From IMG/VR virus record IMGVR_UViG_3300025605_000006: a stretch of DNA of 64,000 nucleotides. One strand, written 5' to 3'. The notes beneath the pieces are model-generated. The model saw only the letters and a list, made by a program, of their open reading frames with translations, was not told the DNA's origin and did not search any database. Position numbers and translations under genes: made by a program. This document shows positions 35,392-45,018 of this stretch, one piece after another; within the stretch, counting starts at the first letter, position 1; each line of letters begins with the position of its first letter. This DNA comes from an uncultured virus (IMG/VR IMGVR_UViG_3300025605_000006) (Duplodnaviria > Heunggongvirae > Uroviricota > Caudoviricetes).

Positions 35392-37371
35392 ATGCAGGTC
35401 TCCGAAGTTCCATTTTCTGTCGACCAGATGACGCCAGTGAGTCTCGTCTCTCACGAGTTCATGACGTCATCTCTGGAGGAGTTCTCCAGGGATTTTCTCA
35501 GGGTCAGCTATCAGTCGACTCTCTCTCACACTGAAGCCACAAGGGCCATTATGGAGATGAACCCTACGATGGCAGCTTCAGAGAAGGGGCATGGATTCGG
35601 TGGAGTCTTCAAGATGCCATCAAATGATGGTGTTCAGGCTGTTGTTGGAGTCTTTGCTGTCAGACTAACCAATTCTACGAACTTCCAGTTCTGGGTTAGC
35701 GGAGAGATGGAAGACATTCAGGCTAGGGTGCTTCCCCGTTTGGCGGAAATCTTCCCAGAAGAAGGGAAGGAAACGATCGAGGAAGATAAGGTTCTGGTAA
35801 GGTTTTGGACAGCCGGGAGCTACGGACCGATTCCGACTAGCCGCGAAGTGGAGTTCAACACTTGGGATGACATCTCCATGAACTACCCGAAATCCATTAG
35901 GGGATCCCTGGAGGACCTGATGGGGCGTTCAGCCCCAGATTCTGGTGGGAAGCTGATCCTGTGGCATGGGCCTCCAGGAGGGGGTAAGGGATTGCCCTTG
36001 GAAGCAAGAATTTGCACTCCCGATGGTTGGCGTACCATGGGCGAGCTTGAAGTTGGAGACTTTGTTGTCGGAAGTGATGGCGACCCGGTTGAAGTAACCG
36101 AGATTTTCGACAGGGGGATCCAGCCCCTTTATCGAGTCGTGTTCAGCGATGGGGCTGAAACAATCTGTGATGGGGATCACCTATGGGGTGTTCGGGAAGC
36201 TGACCCCGTAGCGACAACGGAGAACCTTAGCGTCATGTCGACAGAGGAGTTGGCTTCAGGCGCAGATGCTAGCGGGTCATTAGTTGAAGACGGGGAGTTC
36301 CGTTGGTTTGTGCCACTTCCATTCCCAGTTCAATACGGGGGGGTCCCTCTTCGGGAGATTCCATATCAGGTTGGTTTGCAGTTCACCGAAAACTCATCCT
36401 TTGAGCACCTTTTGATTTCGGATGAGGCCCAAAGAAAGGCTCTCCTGGCGGGGTTGCTCGATGGTCGCCCAGCTAAGACAGATGAAGGGCTGCCTCTCTT
36501 TGAGACAAGTTCCTTGGAGGTGGCTGAGGATGTCATCTCTTTGGTTAGATCTTTAGGGGGGGTGGCCTCACTTGTCGTTGAGGTGAATCAGGAGCCCACC
36601 CCTACTGCCTACGGGGTGGTTATTGAACTTGCTTTCAACCCTTACTTCTCGGAGAGAGGCCGTTCTCTTGGAACGTTAACGAGGGCACCGTTTCGTGCCA
36701 TTAGTTCAATAGAAGAAGTTGGCCATGGGGAGACTCGATGCATTAAAGTGGATGCCCCTGATGAACTTTTCGTGATTGATGACTATGTCGTGACTCACAA
36801 CACCAATGCGATCCAGGCGCTATTGAAGGAGTGGGAGCCGTGGTGCGATGTTGATTACATCGTAGATCCTGAGAACTTTTTTGGTGACCCAAACTACCTG
36901 ATTCAAACCTTGACCTACGTTCCTCATTCAGTGAACTTCAATGAATTGAGCGCCCTGGATCCGATGGACTCCAAGGTGGCCGTGGAGGATGCTCTAGAGG
37001 AGGCAGCGGAACGATGGAGGCTCATCGTCGTGGAGGATGCGACTCGATTTGTTCGCTCTGACGCTGACGCCAAGTCTGGTCAGGCTTTCGGTCGACTGCT
37101 GAACGTGACGGATGGTCTTCTGGGTCAGGGGCTCAAGGTGATGGTGCTCATAACCACCAATGAACCCATCAAGGAGCTTCATCCGGCATTGCAGCGACCT
37201 GGAAGATGTTTGGCAGATGTGGAGTTTTCTCCGTTTCCAGCGAGTGAAGCTTCTGAGTGGTTGGGCTACCCAGTCAGAGAGGAAAAGATGCTGGCGGAAC
37301 TCTTCGCCATGGGGGAGGAGTTTTCAGGCAGCTTGACGTCGAAGTCACAATCAATAGGCCTTTACCTTTAG
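35392..37371 (+). CDS. AAA+ ATPase precursor with intein; spliced product about 388 aa
   Basis: LILWHGPPGGGK/T Walker A, LIVVED Walker B, LLNVTDGLLG, TTN, ALQRPGR. Confidence 0.88.
   Translation: MQVSEVPFSVDQMTPVSLVSHEFMTSSLEEFSRDFLRVSYQSTLSHTEATRAIMEMNPTMAASEKGHGFGGVFKMPSNDGVQAVVGVFAVRLTNSTNFQFWVSGEMEDIQARVLPRLAEIFPEEGKETIEEDKVLVRFWTAGSYGPIPTSREVEFNTWDDISMNYPKSIRGSLEDLMGRSAPDSGGKLILWHGPPGGGKGLPLEARICTPDGWRTMGELEVGDFVVGSDGDPVEVTEIFDRGIQPLYRVVFSDGAETICDGDHLWGVREADPVATTENLSVMSTEELASGADASGSLVEDGEFRWFVPLPFPVQYGGVPLREIPYQVGLQFTENSSFEHLLISDEAQRKALLAGLLDGRPAKTDEGLPLFETSSLEVAEDVISLVRSLGGVASLVVEVNQEPTPTAYGVVIELAFNPYFSERGRSLGTLTRAPFRAISSIEEVGHGETRCIKVDAPDELFVIDDYVVTHNTNAIQALLKEWEPWCDVDYIVDPENFFGDPNYLIQTLTYVPHSVNFNELSALDPMDSKVAVEDALEEAAERWRLIVVEDATRFVRSDADAKSGQAFGRLLNVTDGLLGQGLKVMVLITTNEPIKELHPALQRPGRCLADVEFSPFPASEASEWLGYPVREEKMLAELFAMGEEFSGSLTSKSQSIGLYL
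35989..36801 (+). mobile_element. class 3 intein (271 aa) in Walker A with degenerate LAGLIDADG remnant
   Basis: GK|GLPLEARICTPDGW...DHLW...LLAGLLDG...TRCIKV...VTHN|T; WCT triplet. Confidence 0.88.
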
Positions 37372-37380
37372 GAGAACAAA

Positions 37381-38781
37381 TTGAAGACAACACCCGAAGC
37401 TCACGTCGTCAGGGATAGCATCGACCCCACCACAGGGGTTCGCTTGACAACGGTTCAAGCCACTATGCATCGATTTGTCTTGGCGGAATTGAACACCCAC
37501 AGAGTTTTCTGTTTGTCTGGGGAGTCTGAGGTGTGGGCCGAAGCACCTAATGGCACTTCCAGAAAGTATCAGCTGTCGTACCTCTACGACAAGTGGCACA
37601 ACGGAGCAGTCTGGGCCGAGAGCCTGGCTCCGACGGCCAATCATCAATCAATGCGAGACAGATTGGCATCCATCGCCATTCGACAGGTCTCAGAAGAAGA
37701 CCTAGAACCATCCCTGACGCGCATCACAGACGTGATCTACTCTGGGGAAAAGGAAACCTTCACCGTCAAGGTGGGAAGTAGGTCGATTCGAACATCCATC
37801 GATCACTTGTTCCTTACCCCTGACGGGTGGCGACGACTTGGCGATCTGACGGCTGGAAGTAAGGTGGTCGTGGCGCTCCGAGGAAACCCGGAGCTAAACA
37901 GGTTTGTCGACTACGACTTCAAATCGATCGACTCCATCGAGGCTCACGGGCTAGAGCATACGTTTGACCTTTCGGTGGAGGGCGACTACCCCAACTTTGT
38001 AGCGAACGGGTTCGTGGTGCACAATTCACGCAATTCCGCTAGCTCTAGAGCTATCCCCGTCAAGAAGCAGCTCGCTAGGGTTCAAACGGATACAGCTATG
38101 CCAGTTGAGTTCGGTGTCAACAAGCCCGGCATGCAGGCCTCAGAGGCCCTGAGTGGACAGGAGTTGGCAGCGGCCAGGTACGCTTGGATCAAGGTCAAGG
38201 ATGCCGCTGTGGAGGAATCTAGGCGGCTCTCAGAGGAATTGGGGGTTCACAAGCAGGTGGCCAACAGAATTCTTGAACCTTGGATGTGGCACACTGTCAT
38301 CATCTCCTCAACGGAGTGGAACAACTTCTTCTCCCAAAGGTGCTCCCCCCTCGCTCAGCCAGAGATCAGAGTGGTAGCAGAACTCATTCGGGAAGCCCGA
38401 GAAAGCTCCACCCCAATGGAGCTACATGAAGGAGAGTGGCACACTCCGTACATCCAGCCAGACGAAGAGACACTCGACCTAGAGGTACGCAAGAAGGTTT
38501 CTGCTGCCAGATGCGCCAGGGTTTCCTACCTCACGCAAGAGGGGGTTAGGGATCTCAATGAGGATTTGAATCTCTTCGAGAGGCTGGCGGGAGCCAACCC
38601 TCCCCATCACAGCCCCATGGAGCACGTAGCCACCCCTTACCCTGAGAACTTCGCTGTCTACACCAGCGAGAGGGGTGACGGATCGGTGGATCGGGTGGAG
38701 GTTCCTGTTATCGGGAACTTCCTCAAGTATCTTCAGTTGCGCCATGCTTTCAACAATTCTCGTCTGTCAACGGAGCGATAG
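37381..38781 (+). CDS. thyX: flavin-dependent thymidylate synthase precursor with intein; spliced product about 294 aa
   Basis: AELNTHRVF/SRNSASSRAIP, HKQVANRILEP, SAARCARVSY, HSPMEH. Confidence 0.92.
   Translation: MKTTPEAHVVRDSIDPTTGVRLTTVQATMHRFVLAELNTHRVFCLSGESEVWAEAPNGTSRKYQLSYLYDKWHNGAVWAESLAPTANHQSMRDRLASIAIRQVSEEDLEPSLTRITDVIYSGEKETFTVKVGSRSIRTSIDHLFLTPDGWRRLGDLTAGSKVVVALRGNPELNRFVDYDFKSIDSIEAHGLEHTFDLSVEGDYPNFVANGFVVHNSRNSASSRAIPVKKQLARVQTDTAMPVEFGVNKPGMQASEALSGQELAAARYAWIKVKDAAVEESRRLSEELGVHKQVANRILEPWMWHTVIISSTEWNNFFSQRCSPLAQPEIRVVAELIREARESSTPMELHEGEWHTPYIQPDEETLDLEVRKKVSAARCARVSYLTQEGVRDLNEDLNLFERLAGANPPHHSPMEHVATPYPENFAVYTSERGDGSVDRVEVPVIGNFLKYLQLRHAFNNSRLSTER
37510..38025 (+). 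mobile_element. mini-intein in thyX (172 aa)
   Basis: VF|CLSGES...TSIDHLFLT...TFDLSV...NFVANGFVVHN|S. Confidence 0.92.
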
Positions 38782-38783
38782 CG

Positions 38784-39176
38784 ATGACCACGAAGCCCAA
38801 GAAGCCAGTTAGGCTGACTCGTAAACAGTGCGACGAGAAGGCCGTCAAGGCAAGGAAGCTCACCCTGGAGATCACTGAAGGTATCGGATATCGAGGGCTT
38901 TATTTCAGGAGCCTTGAGGGCCTAGTTTCTGAGTTCGCCAAAAGTCAAGGGGTTGACGTCGAAGATGTCAAATTCTACGGGATGGTCTCAACTAGACGCA
39001 AGGAAACGCCCGCTGAGGCAGGCAAGAGGCTGTATGGTCAGGCTGCAGCCAAACACCGTCAAGAGATGCGGGAATACTCAAACGCCATGCGGGAATGGCA
39101 GCTGGAAAGAGCTAAGGAAGCCGAACGAGGCAAGCCATGCCAATGCGACTGCTGTTGCTGCAAGGATAGGAAGTGA
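38784..39176 (+). CDS. hypothetical protein
   Basis: basic ORF with Cys-rich C-terminus. Confidence 0.6.
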   Translation: MTTKPKKPVRLTRKQCDEKAVKARKLTLEITEGIGYRGLYFRSLEGLVSEFAKSQGVDVEDVKFYGMVSTRRKETPAEAGKRLYGQAAAKHRQEMREYSNAMREWQLERAKEAERGKPCQCDCCCCKDRK

Positions 39177-39177
39177 A

Positions 39178-39375
39178 TTGAACGATCTCTGCCCTAAGTG
39201 CTTCCAGCCTTCCAGCACCACGGTAGCGTTCGGTTCTTGGCCAAGATGTCGATTCATCCTAGATGGCAGAGATTGGGATCCGAACGCCCAATGCGTGTTT
39301 CGGAACCGGCACGTTGGATGCCACAAAATGGAGTACCCGGAGACAGAAATTTGGGTCTGCAGCCCTCAAGGCTAG
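39178..39375 (+). CDS. small Cys-containing hypothetical protein
   Basis: TTG start after AGGAAG; fills the gap. Confidence 0.35.
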   Translation: MNDLCPKCFQPSSTTVAFGSWPRCRFILDGRDWDPNAQCVFRNRHVGCHKMEYPETEIWVCSPQG

Positions 39376-39427
39376 CGTGGCAGAATAGGGGAATCCCAGC
39401 CCCGATGGGCCACAACAAGGAGCAGCT

Positions 39428-39601
39428 ATGGCTAAGCGCAAGACCTCCGACGATCCACGTTCCCGCCAAGTAGAACTGGCACTAGAGGAATGCAGAGACG
39501 CCCTAAAGGCCATAGCCGCATACGGGGACAACTCTTCAGCTTGGGCGGCTAGGAAGGCTCTCAATTCGACTAGCTCGAAGTTGCGTAGGGCGAACGTCTA
39601 A
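39428..39601 (+). CDS. small hypothetical protein (57 aa, absent from ORF track)
   Basis: AAGGAG SD, MAKRKTSDD... Confidence 0.65.
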   Translation: MAKRKTSDDPRSRQVELALEECRDALKAIAAYGDNSSAWAARKALNSTSSKLRRANV

Positions 39602-39650
39602 CCTCCCCCTGTTGGGTACAATACTCCTGACATTAAACCAAAGGAACCCA

Positions 39651-40151
39651 ATGGTAGATCAGGATTTGTACGACATCTCTGTCGCTGAGGTCAGAGGCGA
39701 GGCCACCCCCGACGAGTGCGCTCGTTTGAGTTCAAACGTCTTCGCTTGGAGGGATGCGCTGCAAGCTGTTGTTGACAATGTTGACTCTCAGAGAGATGAG
39801 AACGAACAAGAGTTCAGGTATGCTCTCAAAGAGGCCATGGAGGCAGACGATCAATCCAGCCTTCAGGGCATTCAGGATTCTCACAATTTGTGGAAGTCTC
39901 GTGTCAGCGTTTTCCGAAAGCACGTCAACGCCAGACTTCTGGCAGTCAAGCGCATGTGCCAGGAGCAAGTAGCTGAAGATCCCACCAAAGGGGGAGGCAA
40001 CTTGGAGCTAGCAATGGGGGTCGTGACATGCGCTATGGAGTTGATGGGGCTCCCCCACGACTGCGATGTTGACGAATGGCAGGATGGGTTGGATCAGCTT
40101 GAAATTGCTGTTCTAGCCTACGAGGAATCGGTGTCTCGGCCGGGGGTATGA
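39651..40151 (+). CDS. hypothetical protein
   Basis: AAAGGA SD before ATG 39651. Confidence 0.65.
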   Translation: MVDQDLYDISVAEVRGEATPDECARLSSNVFAWRDALQAVVDNVDSQRDENEQEFRYALKEAMEADDQSSLQGIQDSHNLWKSRVSVFRKHVNARLLAVKRMCQEQVAEDPTKGGGNLELAMGVVTCAMELMGLPHDCDVDEWQDGLDQLEIAVLAYEESVSRPGV

Positions 40152-40158
40152 TGTCATC

Positions 40159-40488
40159 ATGGCTCTACTGGAAAACGACACAACCACCAAGGCTAGGGTC
40201 GGATTTTCAAAGAATGGGGATGTCTCTCACATCATTGATGATTGGGCTCCAGAGACAGCGCGAAGAGTGAGTGATGTAGCCTTCTGTGGAACAAGAGTTG
40301 TTGAATCTATCGGGGTTCCAGAGGTTTTCTGTAGACGATGTGTGGCCATCGTTCGCAACTACGACCGGGAACTGCGAAGGAAACAGCAGCTCCCCAACCA
40401 GAAAGCAATCAACGCATGTCTGTCATTGATCCAAGAGGCTTCTACAGTGGAGTTGGCGAAGGTGATTCCACTGATCCCTCGACGCTGA
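40159..40488 (+). CDS. hypothetical protein
   Basis: TATGAT 6 nt before ATG; H...C...CxxC. Confidence 0.6.
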   Translation: MALLENDTTTKARVGFSKNGDVSHIIDDWAPETARRVSDVAFCGTRVVESIGVPEVFCRRCVAIVRNYDRELRRKQQLPNQKAINACLSLIQEASTVELAKVIPLIPRR

Positions 40489-40744
40489 CCGCAGCAGACA
40501 TCCTGGCTCTTCACATCATGAAGGCTATCGCTGTGGCTGCCTTCCGTAGAGATGGGGATGTGGATGTTCCTTCTCTGATCTGGAAGGAATTGATGGCCTC
40601 CACAAACGCTCTCAGTGGGGGGTCGAATGTTTCCCCTTGGCTGTGCATCAACCTTGAAACAGGAGAGTTGGCTCGTGCGACTCACGAGGGCGGGCTTTTT
40701 GGCATCAAGGCAGCAGAGCTGACTCCAGAAGCCTTCAACTAACG

Positions 40745-40918
40745 ATGGAAGAACCTATCTACACCTCAACGAGAGTGACGCCCGTTGCCGAGACACCCAA
40801 TGAGCGTTTACGTCGCGATCTCAACAGTTTCCGTTCCCGTGAGGAGAGGATTGCCAAGAAGGCCAAGAAGGCCAGGAAGACAGCGAAGGCTTCTAGGCGG
40901 GCCAACCGCAGAAGGTAG
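40745..40918 (+). CDS. small basic hypothetical protein (57 aa, absent from ORF track)
   Basis: MEEPIYT...AKKAKKARKTAKASRRANRRR. Confidence 0.5.
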   Translation: MEEPIYTSTRVTPVAETPNERLRRDLNSFRSREERIAKKAKKARKTAKASRRANRRR

Positions 40919-40920
40919 CT

Positions 40921-41232
40921 TCAGGCCAGCGGGTCTTCGTCTATCGCTTCGATCACTCCACCCAAAGCACCTTTGAGGTTGTCGAGTTTGCGATTAGCGG
41001 GGGGAGGAATGTGAGCTGGCGGGATGGCCCCCTTAGCCTCAGCAAGTTGATCCTCTAGTTCGTTGATCCTCTGAATGTACGGGTCGAGGAGCAGGGGTGC
41101 AGCGGTCTCAATGACTTCCCTTATCAGGCGTTCCCTGAACAGGTACATAACGCTGCTCCGAGTGTTTCTCTCAAGGGCTTTGCGTATGGCTTTCTCTATA
41201 GCTTCTTGTGTGTGGAGTGGATCACTTTCCAC
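40921..41232 (-). CDS. hypothetical protein
   Basis: last gene of the tiled - strand block. Confidence 0.6.
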   Translation of the reverse strand: MESDPLHTQEAIEKAIRKALERNTRSSVMYLFRERLIREVIETAAPLLLDPYIQRINELEDQLAEAKGAIPPAHIPPPANRKLDNLKGALGGVIEAIDEDPLA

Positions 41233-41497
41233 TTAGGATCCTTTGTTCTCGTCGGGCAATCCTCTTCCTTGAGTGATTGTACAACACGCAGCCCATAGCG
41301 TAACCAGCTATAGCTGCCGTCAAAAGGAACCCAGCGTGTTCAAAGACTCCGACTTCGAGGATCCCAGCAACGAAGGCACCGATTCCAATGATCCACCCCC
41401 AAGTGTTGTTGAGCTTAGGGATGGGGGCTGTTGCCGCGAGCACGATCATCCAGATCAACACAGCTTGGATTGTTAGGATGATGTCAAGAGAAGGCAC
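41222..41497 (-). CDS. hypothetical membrane protein
   Basis: three hydrophobic segments, basic tail. Confidence 0.65.
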   Translation of the reverse strand: MPSLDIILTIQAVLIWMIVLAATAPIPKLNNTWGWIIGIGAFVAGILEVGVFEHAGFLLTAAIAGYAMGCVLYNHSRKRIARREQRILSGK

Positions 41498-41506
41498 TTG
41501 AACAGT

Positions 41507-41737
41507 TTAGTCTGTCGAACTTTCTCTTGGCTCAGAGAAGGCCTGAAGGGCTGCGGCTTCAGCAGCGACCTTCATCAGATCATCCAGGGGGCCGTTCAGA
41601 ATCCTGTTTCTGTCACCTTTGGTGCAGCACCCGTCATCTAGTCGAAGCTTTCGCAACACTTGCTGTGGGGTGAGGTTGCGATCCTCTTCTTCAGAGATAC
41701 TGAGAGCGTGTTGGCCAGCGGGTTGGGGGTTCCTCAT
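41507..41737 (-). CDS. hypothetical protein
   Basis: AAGGAG SD; ATGA coupling. Confidence 0.55.
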   Translation of the reverse strand: MRNPQPAGQHALSISEEEDRNLTPQQVLRKLRLDDGCCTKGDRNRILNGPLDDLMKVAAEAAALQAFSEPRESSTD

Positions 41738-42222
41738 CTTCGCTCCTTGAGGGGGGCAGGAGCCTGGAATTGTCTGAATCCAGACAGTTCAAGCACCAGG
41801 AAGGATTCAATGTATCGCAAGTGGTCAACAATGTGCTGTGCTCGCCTGCCTATTTCAACGACTGAGGCCTTGTCGGTCAAAGGATCCAGCACAGCTGCCT
41901 TCTTGACGTCATCTACATAGGATTCCATGTAGATGAGTACGTCGCTCATGGTGGAGAGGTCTAGGGTGGTGGGCAATTCCACTTCCTCTAGAAGTTCGGA
42001 CTTCGTGGCGATTTGACGCGTCTTCTCGTACATGGAGATGGCGATGTCTGCACAAACGAGGTCGACTAGTTGAGAGAGGTTCGACTTGAGGTCTTCGGCC
42101 CCAAAGCCGAGCAGGTTTCCCAGCTCGGAGTAGGCCTTGGAGCCTACTTCTCCAGCGAACAGCGTTTGCAACAGTAGACGCTGTTCGACGGGTTGAGTCA
42201 CTGAGGTTCCAGTAGTTGCCAT
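41734..42222 (-). CDS. hypothetical protein
   Basis: tiled ORF. Confidence 0.6.
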   Translation of the reverse strand: MATTGTSVTQPVEQRLLLQTLFAGEVGSKAYSELGNLLGFGAEDLKSNLSQLVDLVCADIAISMYEKTRQIATKSELLEEVELPTTLDLSTMSDVLIYMESYVDDVKKAAVLDPLTDKASVVEIGRRAQHIVDHLRYIESFLVLELSGFRQFQAPAPLKERR

Positions 42223-42626
42223 GGGGAAAGCTTCTCTCCAGGTTCTTGAATAGTGGGCCTGTACCATTCCATCAGTGAGATTCGCGCCCAGCTCAAGTCG
42301 AGGGCGATTTGTTCTACCTGCTCACTGAATGGCCACGGTAGCTGGTATGCCACGCTAGCAGCAGCTTCTTCGAGCTTCCGAAGGTCTTCCAGTTCGGTGT
42401 CGGGATTGTAGGAGGAGTCAAGCTCTAGTCGCGGCACGGGGATGATGGTTCCGTCGGAGAGGAAGGCATTGGTGACGATGGCCTTGATGACCTCGGAGAT
42501 GCTTTCGGTTACCAGCGTCAACTGATTGCAGGTGTCGGCAGCCCGCCCCTCTGTTCCTTCTATGAACTCAAAGAGGATGACTCCGATGGCTGTCAGTTGG
42601 TGAACTTGATGCTTGAGGTTCTTCAC
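42198..42626 (-). CDS. hypothetical protein
   Basis: tiled ORF. Confidence 0.55.
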   Translation of the reverse strand: MKNLKHQVHQLTAIGVILFEFIEGTEGRAADTCNQLTLVTESISEVIKAIVTNAFLSDGTIIPVPRLELDSSYNPDTELEDLRKLEEAAASVAYQLPWPFSEQVEQIALDLSWARISLMEWYRPTIQEPGEKLSPWQLLEPQ

Positions 42627-42635
42627 GGTTGAATG

Positions 42636-43067
42636 TTAGCTCAGGGGGCGAAGCTTGCCACCTTTGAATTTGCGATCGAAAAGCCCAGCCTTCCTCTGTG
42701 CTGCCGTCACTTCTAGGTGGCATTCCCTACAGAGGCATTCCAGGTTGCTTGTGTGGTGGGCGCAGGAAGCTTTGTTGTGCGTTCCGAGTGCGGCTTTCTT
42801 GTGGTTGACTTCGATCTTCACGGGGGGGCCGCTGAGACTCTTGCCTTCTTTGCGTGAACACTTCACACACGTCTTGGAGTCTCTGGAGAGTACCCGTATC
42901 TTCGCCCAACTGAAGTTGTGTTCTGTGAAGGCTTCGTCTCCGCAGAACACGGAACACCAACGTCGTTGCCTTCCGGTGAGTTCTTTGTTGCACCATCTGC
43001 ATCGACTGGTGTCGCCTGCCCATCTGCTGAGGGGGCATCTTTTCATCATGTTGTCGGTGACGGCCAT
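42636..43067 (-). CDS. HNH endonuclease-like protein
   Basis: CRWC...CSVFC...RDSKTCVKC...EVNH...NLECLCRECH. Confidence 0.8.
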   Translation of the reverse strand: MAVTDNMMKRCPLSRWAGDTSRCRWCNKELTGRQRRWCSVFCGDEAFTEHNFSWAKIRVLSRDSKTCVKCSRKEGKSLSGPPVKIEVNHKKAALGTHNKASCAHHTSNLECLCRECHLEVTAAQRKAGLFDRKFKGGKLRPLS

Positions 43068-43475
43068 GTCGGAAGTGTACACGATGAGTGCTCCTCGTAG
43101 GTTTGCGTGTAAGCCTTCAACTTGAGGGGGGCGCCCCATGTGTACCTGAGGGCTGTTAGCTCGTCTCCTGGGGGCTCCTGGGGGGTTGTGGTGTAGTTTG
43201 GTGCATGGGGAGCGACCCAAGAAGGCTCCAGATTGGCGTAATACGCCCCAAAGCTCATGTATTACGACCCGAAGGGGAGGGCACCCCTCCCCAGCATTAC
43301 GTCAGATCGAAGGCTAGGAACTGAGAAAATCCTCAGGAAGAGGGAGGAAATGGGGGCCACGGAGACCCCTTTCAGCTAATACAACCCAGAAACCCCCCCT
43401 TTACACAACACAAATACCTGTATATACAAAAGTTGACAACCCCCAACTCAACCTAAGGTTTATTGGAAAGCTGGC

Positions 43476-43781
43476 TTAACACTCAGAGGTGGCGAAGATT
43501 TCAACAACAGCAGCTGTGAGTTCCGCTGCCAACTGTTCGTTGGCTTCCAAACAGGAGACTGTGAAGGGCCTGTAGAGAACGACGGGGGGGTCGAGTTTTA
43601 GTCGGAACAGGTTTCCGGGAGGGGAATCCAACACTAGTTCCCTTACTTTCCCTTCTTGTAGGGATTGCAGGTCTGTCGCCCAGGTTTCTAGACGTTCAGC
43701 CCCCCAGTGGAATGTGGGGGCGAGGAGTTCAGCGAGGGCGTCGGCCAGGTCATTCGTCAAAGTCGTGTACTTCCACGTCAC
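43476..43781 (-). CDS. hypothetical protein
   Basis: tiled ORF. Confidence 0.5.
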   Translation of the reverse strand: MTWKYTTLTNDLADALAELLAPTFHWGAERLETWATDLQSLQEGKVRELVLDSPPGNLFRLKLDPPVVLYRPFTVSCLEANEQLAAELTAAVVEIFATSEC

Positions 43782-43944
43782 TCAAGCCTAGGGAAGCCAT
43801 GAGGATTGCTTCTTCTTCGGAGCGGAAGATCATCGGTGGGGTTGTGGAGTCGAGGGGGATCGTTTTTCTCACCACCCAGGATTCCTGGATGACGTATTCG
43901 ACTGGTAGACCCTTTTGGTTTTTACCGTAGACACGTTTGCTCAT
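43750..43944 (-). CDS. hypothetical protein
   Basis: tiled ORF. Confidence 0.5.
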   Translation of the reverse strand: MSKRVYGKNQKGLPVEYVIQESWVVRKTIPLDSTTPPMIFRSEEEAILMASLGLSDVEVHDFDE

Positions 43945-43953
43945 GGTGGCAGG

Positions 43954-44295
43954 TTAGCTGGTGTGGGCGGGGCAGAGGGTTCTGATCCAGTAGGTGTCGG
44001 TGGGGGTTCCTGGTTCTCCGCACACTTCGCAGGTTTGAAAGGAAAGCATCTCGTATTTGCGAAGGATGGGGTTGGTGATTTCCCAGTCGTCGGAGTTGAT
44101 GTAGAAGCGGAGCCCCCCGAACTTCTCTTTGATTTGCACGATCTCCCAGGAGATGGGGAGGGCGGAGAGTTCTGTTGCGAGGTCTCGGATGAGGTCGTTC
44201 CACCCGTCGCCTGTGTCGATGGAACGCCACACCGGGTGTTCTGACCACAGGGGGTCTAGGAGTTCTTCTAGTTGTTCACGTGTTGTTTCAATCAC
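43954..44295 (-). CDS. conserved phage hypothetical protein
   Basis: GDGWNDLI...QIKEKFGGLRFY...TCEVCGEPG...WIRTLC; AAGGAG SD. Confidence 0.8.
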   Translation of the reverse strand: MIETTREQLEELLDPLWSEHPVWRSIDTGDGWNDLIRDLATELSALPISWEIVQIKEKFGGLRFYINSDDWEITNPILRKYEMLSFQTCEVCGEPGTPTDTYWIRTLCPAHTS

Positions 44296-44430
44296 TGGTT
44301 TGCTCCTTGTTGATTTCGAGTAGCAGTTCTCGTATCCCTAACAGGATTGGGGTTAGGCTTTTGGGTGGGGTTTCGTTTCTGTCGATGATGGTGACGAGAT
44401 TGTCGAGGATATGCGCTGCTTGCAGAGGGG

Positions 44431-44700
44431 TCATAGTTGGAAGCTTTCATCGGGGAGATGATAGGTGTCCTGGAGTTGTTGAGCTTTCCAGATGATCCAG
44501 TCGAGTTGCATGGCGTAGGGGTCGCGTAGGGGTGTTGAGTGTAGAAGCGTGAGGGCTTCTTGGAGTTTCATTGAGGCTAGTGAGATTTTTTCGTACAGGG
44601 CGGGGGCTACCTGTGGGTTGTCTCCAATGCGTATCGTGGCGAGTTCCAAAGCTACGAACATGTTGAGCATGGAATCCACAAGGATTTCTTCTTGTCTCAT
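44431..44700 (-). CDS. hypothetical protein
   Basis: MRQEEILVD...; ATGA coupling with the upstream ORF. Confidence 0.55.
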   Translation of the reverse strand: MRQEEILVDSMLNMFVALELATIRIGDNPQVAPALYEKISLASMKLQEALTLLHSTPLRDPYAMQLDWIIWKAQQLQDTYHLPDESFQL

Positions 44701-44885
44701 GTGGTTTCTCTGATGGTGTAGGTGGGGGCTATGTGTCGAAAGAGTGTTGTGCGTTGATGTTTGCACAGGTCGACAGCGAAAGGGGAGAGGGGGTTGACGC
44801 GATGCCAGGTTCCTTCAGAGGAAAGGATTTCAAGACGATCTTGTTCAAGGAGCGCTCTTACTTCCCCGACAGTCATGTTGTTCAC
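44697..44885 (-). CDS. hypothetical protein
   Basis: first gene of the - strand block. Confidence 0.5.
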   Translation of the reverse strand: MNNMTVGEVRALLEQDRLEILSSEGTWHRVNPLSPFAVDLCKHQRTTLFRHIAPTYTIRETT

Positions 44886-45018
44886 GTGTTTGAGGGTAGC
44901 AGGGTGTTCTTCGTTCCCCCCGGAGGGGGGTTAGGGGGGAGGGGAAGGGATTCCAGCAGGCAAACGAGAGGATCTCAACCTTCTAGGTCTTCTACATATT
45001 GGAGGGATACGTGAGACT

